A stretch of DNA of 61,863 nucleotides, counting the filler, from Stramenopiles sp. TOSAG23-2 (Eukaryota), in assembly GCA_900128395.1 (NCBI GenBank). It is 24 parts of 24 records of this genome, joined end to end, with 100 filler letters (N's around TTAATTAATTAA, not from the genome) between each part and the next. Parts side by side here need not be neighbours in the genome. Positions count along the whole stretch, not along the records: positions 1 to 2,494 come from LT651692.1; positions 2,595 to 5,087 come from LT651693.1; positions 5,188 to 7,679 come from LT651694.1; positions 7,780 to 10,270 come from LT651695.1; positions 10,371 to 12,860 come from LT651696.1; 19 more parts are not named here. One strand, given 5' to 3'. Below are positions 1-11,013 of this stretch, piece by piece. The number at the start of each line of letters is the position of its first letter. Within the stretch, counting starts at the first letter, position 1. A program made the translations under genes and the position numbers. Under the pieces are notes generated by a model, which saw only the letters and a list, made by a program, of their open reading frames with translations, had not been told where the DNA came from and did no database searches.

Positions 1-750
1 AATCCTTACATTTATTAATATATATAATTTCTATACAAGTCTGGCTGGCTGGCAAGAATATTTATTGAAAAAAAAATATCAAAAAGAAAAAGAAAAAGTT
101 CAAAATTTGCTGTGTGTTTTTATATCTAGAGATATAAAAATTTGTGTATGATAATTGTACCCCGTGAAAAAAGTTTTTTTTATACATTAATCATACCCCG
201 GATTTCGTACAGGGAGAGATATCGTAATTTTGTTTTTACGTACTTTTTAAAGAAATTTTCTTGTCAGTTCTCATGTTCTCGCGTTCTGACCAACACACTT
301 ATTTAGTGTCGCACATACTCGTGTACGAGTATTATTTTGCTACTCGTACGAGTTTATCTTCACCCATTTTTATTTACTTGTAAATATTTTTATGTTCATA
401 CAAAAGAAGAAGGAAAAAGAAGGTGAACCAGTTCGTGGATTTTTCCCGTTGGATTTTCCCTCGTAGTGTAAAATATATATAAGTACAAAACTTCCTATAC
501 GTTCCAATTTCATTTTTTTTTGTACACATTTTTTGCAAAAAAAAGGCAAAAAGATAGAAATATATATTTATATTATTGTATTAAAAAGTGATGTGTGTAA
601 GATCGTGTGTACCGTGGTATATTTCTTCAATATAATATTATATATATATACGTATATATATATTTTGTACACAATTGGAATAGATCATATAACACAGCAT
701 TTGAAATAATATTTGCGTGTCGATACAGTAGATATAATTAATAATAAACG

Positions 751-2494
751 ATGGGTGGTGGTGCATCGAAAAACAAAATTATACCACAATTTACAGTAAC
801 AATTGTTATTAATGGAGAAGCTATCGTAGCTTTTGCTGTATGTGAAGATGCGACATTAGCAGATGCAAGGAAAGAAATATTATTAGAAAGTGAGGAATTC
901 TCTGATTTACCTACAAATTATTATTTCAGTCGTAACAATGCGCCATTTTCAATAAGAAAAGAAAATTCACATACAGTACGTGAACTTGCTGGAAGTGATT
1001 CTAGGTTAATATTAATACCAAAAAAAACAGAAGAAAAAAATAACGAAAGCAAAGGTGATGTAGAAACGAATGATATTCCAACGAACAATCTGGAAAAAGA
1101 ACAGGAAGAGGAAGAAGCGGAAGATAAAATCGAAACTGCTTTAGACAATGCCGAAAATGCAATGGATAAAGTAGATGAAGTAAATAACACTATCATTGAT
1201 AATACAACCGAAGAAATACAAATGGTACAACAAGATGGCTCAGTGACAACAGAAAGTGAGATAAGTTTACCATCATTTATAAAACTAGACGATACTTCAT
1301 TAGCAATATTAAATAATGTTTTAGATGGTATTGAAGTAGTTGCAGAAATTATTCCATATGCACAATTATTTATTAAAACATGTAAGAATATTTACGATCG
1401 ATGTCAAGAACCAAGTCGTTTACGTGCTGAAATACAAGATTTTTTACATTTTTTAAAAATCATTGAAACAAGTATTGTAAAAGGATTAAAACAATTTTCA
1501 AATGAAGATCGGTTAAAATTAATCAATAATAAATTAATTGAAGCGGCGAAAACAATAAAAGAATCACAAAATCGAAGTACATTTAGTGCATTTTTTTATG
1601 GAAAAGCAGATCGTGAAAAATTTACAGAAATTAAGAAAGATATCATGGATACCATGATACTGGTTAATTTTACCATGCAAATTGATGCAAATGTAAATGT
1701 TGCAAAATTGATGGCAAAAGATGAGGAATTACATAGTAAATTTGAAAACATTAATACATCAGAAGATGCATTGGAAACATTATTACAAGGAAAAAATAAT
1801 GATGTGTTGAAAAAGGAGATATTGCAACATTTGAATTTGAAAGAAAATGATTTAATATTGGAATTAGATGAATTGAAGAAGCGATTGACTAAAGTGGAGG
1901 AGAACCAAGAAAAAATGGCCGAAACACAGAATAACGTAGTCAAAACACAAGAAAAAATATTGAAACAAATCGATGTTACCACCTCATTAAAAACGATTTT
2001 AGATCCACTTGATTTCAATTTAGAAATTGATGGTGCCGTTGAACGTTTTCACAATGGTACAAGAAAATGGGCTTTTGATGATTTTGATAATTGGGTTGAA
2101 ATTAAATTAAATTCACGTGTATTTCTGTTATCTGGTGGTGCTGGTATGGGTAAAACTGGTATTATGAGTATGTTAGTACGTACAAGAATGGGAATTGTCA
2201 TTGCACATCATTTTTGTAGACATGATGATAGCCGTAAACGTGATCCAAAACATGTATTATGTTCTATTGCATATCAATTAGCGGAGAAAATACCAGAATA
2301 TCGTAAGAAATTAGAAGAATTAGGATTAAGTAATGCAAGTTTAAGTGAATTAAATGTGACGGGACTATTTGATAAAATTTTAAGAGCACCATTAGCAAAT
2401 ATAAAACGACCTGATGAATTTACATCAAAACGCCAAATTATTTTAATTGATGCATTAGATGAATGTGATCATAATGGTAAAAATGATTTATTAG
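751..2494 (+). CDS. NLR-like STAND protein: myristoylation signal, beta-grasp-like domain, MLKL-NTD-like helical bundle, coiled coil, NACHT NTPase (3'-truncated)
   Basis: Starts MGGGAS. NACHT motifs are GTRKW, Walker A GGAGMGKT (2134-2157), HHFCRHDD, SIAYQLA and Walker B IILIDALDEC. Residues ~185-310 (IPYAQLF..IYDRCQ..RSTFSAFF..DREKF) resemble the MLKL N-terminal bundle. Confidence 0.85.
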
Positions 2495-2964
2495 NNNNNN
2501 NNNNNNNNNNNNNNNNNNNNNNNNNNNNNNNNNNNNNNTTAATTAATTAANNNNNNNNNNNNNNNNNNNNNNNNNNNNNNNNNNNNNNNNNNNNCATAGA
2601 CACAATGGGGTGAAAGTCCGTACTTTCAATTTAGTACACAAATATATATGCTAATATGTTATATATGGGCTATCAAACATAATTAATTGAAATAACTAAT
2701 TGTTTAAGGACTTTATCAAATCACAAAATCGTCGTTAATAGCACGTTATAGGTGGATTAGGATGATCGATAGTTATAGTTTTTTTTGTTGAAAATTGAAT
2801 TAATTATTATCCTGATACTACTAGTAGATTAGATAGAAAAAGCAAGCGGGATTAGGATAATAACAAAAGATAACAGAGGAAAGAGTTGAAAGATATATAC
2901 ATAGTAGCAGCAATTGTAATAGCAATAATAATAATCATAATAGTGATAATAATAATAAACCAAC

Positions 2965-4101
2965 ATGTCGAATAATAAGTATAATTTTTTATCATCAATT
3001 TATGAACATTTAGGTGCTTTAGGGGATGGGACCTTTGGTGTCGTAACAAAGGCAAGGGATAAACGTGTGAAAGATCGAGTAGTGGCTTTAAAAAGATTTA
3101 AAGTGAAGCCAAGGGAATGGATGCAAGGTATTAATTTCACTGCACTTAGGGAAATTAGGATATTACGTGACGTCAACCATCCGAATGTTATTAAATTGTA
3201 CGATGTACATGTGCAAGAAAATACAATTGTCATGGCGTTAGAGTTATGTGCAACAGATTTAATGACAATAATAAATGATGGAACAGTAAAAATATCAACA
3301 GCACATATCAAAGCATTTATGAAAATGACATTAGAAGGTTTAGGGCATTTGCATAAACAATTCATCATTCATCGCGACTTAAAACCAAACAATTTATTAT
3401 TAACTGATCAAGGGATATTGAAATTAGCGGATTTTGGTTTTGCACGGTCGTTTGGTAGCCCTGGGCGTGAGTTGACGTTACGTGTTGCTACTATTGAATA
3501 TCGTTGCCCAGAATTATTATTATGTATGAAACAATATGGTTCAGCTATTGATATGTGGTCGGTTGGTTGTATATTTGCTGAGTTAATGCTTCGCCGTATA
3601 TATTTAGCTGGCCCGATAAATAATCGATCAGAATTAAATCAACTAGATGCAATCTACAAATATCGGGGGGTACCAACGTTGACGGATTGGCCTGGAATTA
3701 TTGATTTAGGCGATATGCAATCATTAGTTACTGAAAACCAAGGGCGTTTTTTCCGTAAAGACTTTACTACATTACCTGGTGTTTATGGTGCATCCGAAGA
3801 TGCAGTTGATTTATTAGATAAATTTTTACATTTTGATCCAAATAAACGTATTACCTGCGAGGAAGCTTTGCAACATCATTATTTTACAACTGCACAACCA
3901 CGTCCTAGTAAACCAAGCGATTTGCCAATCCCAGTACCTTTTGAATTAAGAGAAGGTGGTGCTATTAGTAATAGGAACAATAATATGAACAACAACAATA
4001 ATAATAACAACAACCAACAACAACAACAAATGATGATGATGGATGATAGTGGTTCGAATAATGACAAGAATGATGGCGTGTCAAGATCATTAGGATTTTG
4101 A
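2965..4101 (+). CDS. CDK7: Cyclin-dependent kinase 7 (CAK/TFIIH kinase) homologue
   Basis: Contains GDGTFG, VALK, the CDK7-type helix GINFTALREI, HRDLKPNNLL, DFGFARSFGSP and DMWSVGCIFAEL, followed by an N/Q-rich tail. Confidence 0.9.
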   Translation: MSNNKYNFLSSIYEHLGALGDGTFGVVTKARDKRVKDRVVALKRFKVKPREWMQGINFTALREIRILRDVNHPNVIKLYDVHVQENTIVMALELCATDLMTIINDGTVKISTAHIKAFMKMTLEGLGHLHKQFIIHRDLKPNNLLLTDQGILKLADFGFARSFGSPGRELTLRVATIEYRCPELLLCMKQYGSAIDMWSVGCIFAELMLRRIYLAGPINNRSELNQLDAIYKYRGVPTLTDWPGIIDLGDMQSLVTENQGRFFRKDFTTLPGVYGASEDAVDLLDKFLHFDPNKRITCEEALQHHYFTTAQPRPSKPSDLPIPVPFELREGGAISNRNNNMNNNNNNNNNQQQQQMMMMDDSGSNNDKNDGVSRSLGF

Positions 4102-4225
4102 AGAGAGAAGGAGAGGGAGAGAGGGAGGTATTTGCTGGTAGAGATATATGATCTGTGGTTAAAGTCTGAGTTTATATTATTTTATATAATATCATCTTTC
4201 AGTTTAGTGAGATAGATATTATTGT

Positions 4226-4323
4226 CTCAGTTATTGTACGAATACACGTATATTCTTTCTGTGGAGAGTACTCGCTCAGTTATTGTACGAATACACGTAT
4301 ATTCTTTCTGTGGAGAGTACTCG
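4226..4323 (+). repeat. Perfect 49-bp tandem duplication
   Basis: ctcagttattgtacgaatacacgtatattctttctgtggagagtactcg occurs twice (4226-4274 and 4275-4323). Confidence 0.95.
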
Positions 4324-4328
4324 TATGA

Positions 4329-4373
4329 TAGGAATTATCATTGAGTAAATTAAAAAATAAGTTTTTATGCATT
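4329..4373 (+). repeat. Dispersed ~45-bp intergenic element; other copies at 17601-17641 (-), 23127-23168 (+), 30610-30656 (-), 53467-53503 (+)
   Basis: Consensus close to TAGGAATTATCATGAGTAAATTAAAAAATAAGTTATGCATT, seen on five different contigs. Confidence 0.85.
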
Positions 4374-4622
4374 TTAATTTATACACTCTATATAATATAT
4401 TAAAACATATTAATTTTAAAAATCCCGTGTGTAATGAATTATATTATGCTCGATACTACTGCTATCTCAGAAATGTACAGTCAATCCTACTATAGTAAAG
4501 CTCTAATGCATGTCTGCACTCTAAATACTCTACAAAAGCATGAGTAGGTGTGTCGTCTATTACAACTTTTGTATCTATGGATATATATTATATTTTCAAC
4601 ACATATATCATACAACAAATCT

Positions 4623-5087
4623 TTAATCGGTTGATGATTGTGTTCGTGGTGATGGATTATTTACATGTTGATACAATCTATCAATCAACTCTTTTTTATT
4701 ACCTTGAGTTGATAAATTACATGCTTTTAAATATGTTTTTAAAATTTTTGGTTTTATTTTTCCAATTTCAGATTTACTTTTAAGTTTTTTTAGATCGTTT
4801 GCATCCTCCATGTTTTGATTTTTATTTGTTTTTTTTTTACCTTTTCTTACAACATCTTTTGAATCTTTCAGTTTTTTCAATTCTTTTTTCTTTGACTTTC
4901 GTTCTTGATCTTTTTCTATTTGATTCGATATCGCTTCTTTTTTCTTCCTTTGTACACCTTTAAAACATTGTTTTTTCATTAAAAATTTTTCAACTCGTAT
5001 CTTATGATTTCCTTGAATTTCAATGTTACGCAACTTCGTACCTGTTTCTCTGATAGCGCAACTACATCCTAATATTTTTTTCAACTC
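4623..5087 (-). CDS. C-terminal part of a SUI1/eIF1-like domain protein with a C-terminal SAP domain (5'-truncated)
   Basis: LKKILGCSCAI..IEIQGNHKIRVEKFL is SUI1-like. IKPKILKTYLKACNLSTQGNKKELIDRL matches the SAP consensus. Confidence 0.7.
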   Translation of the reverse strand, partial: ELKKILGCSCAIRETGTKLRNIEIQGNHKIRVEKFLMKKQCFKGVQRKKKEAISNQIEKDQERKSKKKELKKLKDSKDVVRKGKKKTNKNQNMEDANDLKKLKSKSEIGKIKPKILKTYLKACNLSTQGNKKELIDRLYQHVNNPSPRTQSSTD

Positions 5088-5313
5088 NNNNNNNNNNNNN
5101 NNNNNNNNNNNNNNNNNNNNNNNNNNNNNNNTTAATTAATTAANNNNNNNNNNNNNNNNNNNNNNNNNNNNNNNNNNNNNNNNNNNNATATCGATAGATA
5201 TGTGTGAAATAGAAATTAAGTGGAAAGTAGAATGCAGATATATTATATAGATCATCTATCGAAACAAGATATAATAAAGACAATCGCGAAGAATTGGTAT
5301 CAAAGATATATCA

Positions 5314-7524
5314 ATGTTGAGAAATGTATATACGGGCGTGAGGCGCTCAACCAATATGGTCCAAATGAATGGACGTAGACAATTTGTTGCTGCGACAACT
5401 GCGTCTGCACAACCACAAGAAACAGAGGAAAATAGTCAATTTAGTAATTTAAGAAACATAGGTATTTCTGCTCATATTGATTCTGGTAAAACAACACTGA
5501 CTGAAAGAATCTTATTTTATACTGGAAGAATTAAAGCAATACACGAAGTACGTGGTAAAGATGGTGTAGGTGCAAAAATGGATTCTATGGAGTTAGAAAG
5601 AGAAAAAGGAATTACAATTGCATCTGCTGCTACGTATTGTAACTGGGGTGATACGCAAATTAATATTATTGATACACCAGGGCATGTTGATTTTACTGTG
5701 GAAGTTGAACGTGCACTGCGCGTATTGGACGGTGCTGTGTTAGTCTTATGCTCCGTTTCAGGTGTTCAAAGCCAATCTATCACAGTTGATAGACAAATGA
5801 AAAGATATGATGTACCACGTGTAGCTTTTATTAATAAATGTGATCGTATGGGTGCAAACCCATATCGTGTTATTGAAGATTTAAGAACGAAGCTTAAACA
5901 CAATGCAGCTGCAGTACAAGTGCCAATAGGATTGGAGGAAAATTTAGAAGGTGTAATAGATCTAATCAGAATGAAAGCTTATTATCATGAAGGTGATGAT
6001 GGTGAAAATATCATCGAGAAAGAAATACCAGATTTATTAATGGATGAGGTGATGGAACGAAAACAAATTTTAATTGAAGCACTTGCAGAGGTTGATGATG
6101 ATATGGGTGAATTGTATTTAATGGAGGAGGAACCAACGGAGGAACAATTTTATGAATCCATAAGACGTTCTACATTGAATTTATCCTTCACACCTGTATT
6201 TGTTGGGAGTGCATTTAAAAATCGTGGGGTGCAACCTTTGCTAAATGGTATAGAACGATATTTGCCAAACCCAACTGAAATTAATAATATTGCATTGGAT
6301 CGAAGTAATGACGAGGAAGAAGTCCCATTAAAAACAGATCATGATGCTCCATTAGTTGCATTGGCATTTAAACTGGAGGAAGGGCAATTTGGACAATTGA
6401 CATATTTACGTGTATACCAAGGGGTTTTAAAAAAAGGTGCACAAATTGTAAATACAAGTACAGGAAAGAAAATGAAAGTTCCACGAACTGTACGTATGCA
6501 TAGTGCAGATATGGAAGATGTGAATGAAGTTGGGGCGGGGGAAATATGTGCAATGTTTGGTGTTGAATGCAATACTGGTGATACGTTTTGTGATCCAGGT
6601 GTTAATTTAGCAATGACATCGATGTTTGTACCAAACCCAGTTATTAGTCTAGCAGTTGCACCAACTGATACAAAAGATTCTGGGAAGTTTTCCAAGGCAT
6701 TACAACGTTTTAGACGTGAAGATCCTACCTTCCAAGTGCATCAAGATCCGGAAAGTAATGAGACAATTATTAGTGGTATGGGAGAATTGCATTTAGAAAT
6801 TTATATTGAAAGGATGAATCGTGAATATAGTTGTCCAGTCACCACTGGTCGCCCACAAGTTGCATATAAAGAGGCAATTAATCAAAGATCTGACTTTGAT
6901 TACTTGCATAAGAAACAAACTGGTGGTTCAGGTCAATTTGGTAAAGTTATTGGTTACATTGAACCAATTGGTGATGATGAAGAAGTCGAGGAAAATTTTG
7001 TATTTGAAAATCAAATGATTGGTAATAATATTCCACCTGAATATATCACAGCTGTTGAAAAAGGGTTTGAAGAAGCAACAAATAAAGGACCTTTAATAGG
7101 CCATCAGGTTCAAAAAGTTCGTGTCGTATTACAAGATGGTGCAGCCCATGCTGTTGATTCTAGTGAAATGGCTTTCAAATTAGCATCTCAATACGCATTT
7201 CGAGAAGCGGTCAATGGTGCAAATCCATCGATCTTGGAGCCAGTAATGCAAGTCGAAGTTGAGGTACCAGTGGAATTTCAAGGTGCTGTTATTGCTGGAT
7301 TAAATCGTCGTAAAGGTTTAATACAAAGTAATGAAACTAGAGAAGATTATTCCACTGTAGTAGCCGATGTACCATTGGCAGAAATGTTTGGTTATTCCAC
7401 TGATTTACGTAGTTCAACGCAAGGAAAAGGTGAATTTACTATGGAATACAAAACGCATTCACCAGTTATGAGAGATGTACAATCTGATTTGATCAAAGCT
7501 CATCAAGCTGAAATGAAAAATTAA
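5314..7524 (+). CDS. GFM1: Mitochondrial translation elongation factor G1
   Basis: Arg/Ser/Thr-rich presequence, then [54 protein letters not shown] and [12 protein letters not shown]. Complete and intronless. Confidence 0.97.
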   Translation: MLRNVYTGVRRSTNMVQMNGRRQFVAATTASAQPQETEENSQFSNLRNIGISAHIDSGKTTLTERILFYTGRIKAIHEVRGKDGVGAKMDSMELEREKGITIASAATYCNWGDTQINIIDTPGHVDFTVEVERALRVLDGAVLVLCSVSGVQSQSITVDRQMKRYDVPRVAFINKCDRMGANPYRVIEDLRTKLKHNAAAVQVPIGLEENLEGVIDLIRMKAYYHEGDDGENIIEKEIPDLLMDEVMERKQILIEALAEVDDDMGELYLMEEEPTEEQFYESIRRSTLNLSFTPVFVGSAFKNRGVQPLLNGIERYLPNPTEINNIALDRSNDEEEVPLKTDHDAPLVALAFKLEEGQFGQLTYLRVYQGVLKKGAQIVNTSTGKKMKVPRTVRMHSADMEDVNEVGAGEICAMFGVECNTGDTFCDPGVNLAMTSMFVPNPVISLAVAPTDTKDSGKFSKALQRFRREDPTFQVHQDPESNETIISGMGELHLEIYIERMNREYSCPVTTGRPQVAYKEAINQRSDFDYLHKKQTGGSGQFGKVIGYIEPIGDDEEVEENFVFENQMIGNNIPPEYITAVEKGFEEATNKGPLIGHQVQKVRVVLQDGAAHAVDSSEMAFKLASQYAFREAVNGANPSILEPVMQVEVEVPVEFQGAVIAGLNRRKGLIQSNETREDYSTVVADVPLAEMFGYSTDLRSSTQGKGEFTMEYKTHSPVMRDVQSDLIKAHQAEMKN

Positions 7525-7779
7525 TGTTTTATAAATTATATAATAAATAAATATAAAATGAGAAGAGGATATCAGATGAAAAAAAAACACGGAGGAAAAT
7601 GTAAAAAAACAGCGAGAGAGGGAGAGTTGTGTGTGTATCTGAAAACACACAAATTATCAAAAATGATGAAGAGAGGGTCNNNNNNNNNNNNNNNNNNNNN
7701 NNNNNNNNNNNNNNNNNNNNNNNTTAATTAATTAANNNNNNNNNNNNNNNNNNNNNNNNNNNNNNNNNNNNNNNNNNNN

Positions 7780-7953
7780 TTTGAACATAAATACGAGTAA
7801 AAGATATATGTTAAATTGTTGTTTTTCATATTTTACGGTGTATTCTATTTCCCTGATAGTCATCCGGTGAAAAGGTTTTTTTATTGGACCGGAGTGATTT
7901 GCAACATCTATTTCATCTTCCACCCCCGCACTACAATCTAGCATTCCACCCAT
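7780..7953 (-). CDS. 5' fragment of a hypothetical protein with a possible myristoylation/palmitoylation N-terminus
   Basis: MGGMLDCSAG... stays open to the contig end and finishes in a hydrophobic stretch. Confidence 0.35.
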
Positions 7954-9116
7954 CTTTATTATCAACACACACAAGGTATATAATAGCGAAAAATAAGAAA
8001 ATATTTAATCAATTATATGCTCTCTCTATATAATATATATATATCAATAACACACAACTGATAATAATATATACTAAAGATGCTAAGCACCTAAACTAAT
8101 ATTAGCCTAATAAAATATATAATTGATATTTCCAAAACAACAGAATAATCAATGCTTTCTTGTATTCTATACACTATGAAATATGAAGCAACCTTATCTA
8201 CTTAAGAATACTAACAATAACAATTCTACAATGTAACTATGTTCTCGCGTACCCAGTGTACATATTAAATTGTTAATTATTACTAAGTATACAATATTTA
8301 CATTTTTATAAATATATGCATATATATAAAAAATCATTTATTTAATAATTTCAATACAGGATAATAAATAAATATAATAATAATAATAATAATAAATGAA
8401 ATAAATAGCAATAAGTGCATAATGATGGTACAAACAACCATACCAGGTATAATAATAACAGGGTGATAATTGATAATAATAATAATGGCGGCCAAAATTA
8501 TATAATTAGAATAATAATAATAGGAGCTACCACCTGGTCGTAGAGCACTAGAGCAGGCCAGAGAGGCCAGCTGGGCCAGTACGATAGCACCGATACAGTA
8601 TGTTCAATATAATATTGAATATGAATTTTTCTTCTTTCTATGCACCTTAACCTATACAAACCAGAGAGGAAACTCTCTAACAGCGTCAATTTTAATTGGT
8701 CCTTTGCTGTTAGAGCGGATCCTCTCTACTTGCTGTGTGGTGGTGTGGTGGTGCCCTAAGGCTTGGTTGGTTGTTTTTTTTTAGTTTTTTCGATTTGTTG
8801 CAATTTGTATTAAGGAGCTATACCTACTACTGTACTGTATACTAATATGTATCTACATACACAGTATAGAATCATATATATTTTAAATTTTAATTATTAT
8901 TTATTCTATTATGTGACTTATTAGTGCAACTAGTCGTCTAATTATGGAATAGAATAATTACTTAGATCTATCACATACAGGTAATAAGTTAGTAACACTA
9001 ATATAATAAAAAAAGTTATTAGCGTAATAATAGAATTTGTTGTTTGAACATTTGATTTGTATATACCAGTAAGTCGGAGATAGATATATCCTGAACGCCC
9101 GTGTCAATATATTATC

Positions 9117-10023
9117 ATGGCGTTATTATCACTGTTATTAACGTTATCGTTTGACAACAATANNNNNNNNNNNNNNNNNNNNNNNNNNNNNNNNNNNNNN
9201 NNNNNNNNNNNNNNNNNNNNNNNNNNNNNNNNNNNNNNNNNNNNNNNNNNNNNNNNNNNNNNNNNNNNNNNNNNNNNNNNNNNNNNNNNNNNNNNNNNNN
9301 NNNNNNNNNNNNNNNNNNNNNNNNNNNAAGTTGATATTGGTAACGCTTCTTCTTATTGCACAAACATTAATAGTAATAGTACGTTCACAAACGTTATATC
9401 CACCAATGGATTTTTTAGATGTTGATTGGCTAGGTGAAGGTGATAATACACCTGCACCTGTTGCAGAAAAAGCTGCGTTGTTTGATTTATGGAGATCTAC
9501 CGCTGGTGGCCATTGGAATAATAAATGGGACTTGCGTACCGATCCATGTAACGACGGTTGGTATGGAATATTTTGTGATGCAAAAGGCCATATAATAACC
9601 ATAAATCTAAGTCAAAATCACTTAATAGGATTTTTGCCAAACTCGCTTAGTCGTTTGCCGTTTTTGAGAGAGCTTATTTTAAATCATAATTTGATTACTG
9701 GAATAATACCAAAATCATATTCAAAACTAAAGAATTTAGAGGAGGTAAATTTATCTCATAATCGTATTTCAGGGCGGCTACCACGTGATTGGGGAAATTT
9801 GGAATTTATACGTATTTTGCACGTCGCACATAATGAATGGGATGATAAAATCTTACCACCTGAATTATATAAATTACAAGAAATAGGCCAAACAGACGTA
9901 TGGTTTAATGAAGATTTAACAGATCCATTAAACGCTGAGAAAAAACTCAATGGTGCTGGATACAATCATCCACCAATACAACTACAACCATCTGGTCAAA
10001 TGAATGCTGGTGCACGCCTATAA
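9117..10023 (+). CDS. Secreted or membrane plant-type LRR protein (LRRNT cap plus ~4 LRRs); 165-N scaffold gap at 9163-9327, start uncertain
   Basis: Hydrophobic leader, then the cap EKAALFDLW..W..DPC.DGWYGIFC and repeats INLSQNHLIGFLP, LILNHNLITGIIP, VNLSHNRISGRLP. Confidence 0.85.
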
Positions 10024-11013
10024 TTTGGACATCGTAGGAAGGCGGGGAGCGGGGAATAAATTATACCGGGAGGGTACAATGTGTGTAAACATTTTTTTTA
10101 ATTTAATTTTCTCTTATTTTTAAAAGTACGCGTATTTTAATTTTTTATTCCTAGCAAATTTTAAAGCAAAACGGTTATTATAAGCGCAAGGAGTTTTAAT
10201 AACCGCGCAGTTTGTATATCTCTACATGTAGTAGAAATCCAATTAGAAGCTGCGTGCTCCTTTATATATANNNNNNNNNNNNNNNNNNNNNNNNNNNNNN
10301 NNNNNNNNNNNNNNTTAATTAATTAANNNNNNNNNNNNNNNNNNNNNNNNNNNNNNNNNNNNNNNNNNNNTTCTGACTGTTGATTTCTTCTTCTTTTCAT
10401 TCGTGATGCTATTGAATCTTCTTTTACACGTGTATATATATGCATCACTTTTTTATATATATATATTTCACAGATCTATTAAAAATATACTTTCACATTT
10501 TCACAGTTATAAAAATTTCATTTAACTTATAAGTAAGATTTCATTATATACGAGTACGTACGAGTATATTTTATATATATATACGGACGTAGATCTAGCC
10601 GAAGTAATCACTAGTGTGTATCAAAAGTCATTTACAGGGTACATAAAATTTTATATATAAATTAATGAGTAAGAATTTAATATATATTAATTCTTACTCA
10701 TAAATTAAATAAATTTTTTTACACCCTGTTAAAAATCATGTATATATACAGGTATGATACTTCGCTATGGATTAATATTCAATAGATCCATCCTTAGATG
10801 TTAAACTACGAGAGGGAATGTTTTGTGATCTTTTCTGTGCTTTGTTAAATCTATATATATATATATAATTCTTACTCTATATATATATATAATATTCTTA
10901 CTCATAATACAAACATACAAACCATTATCAGAAACATAATACTTTGGTTGTTTTATATTATATTGTATGAATGCATGCATGCAATTATTTTTTTGTATGG
11001 ACGCCATTTGGAA

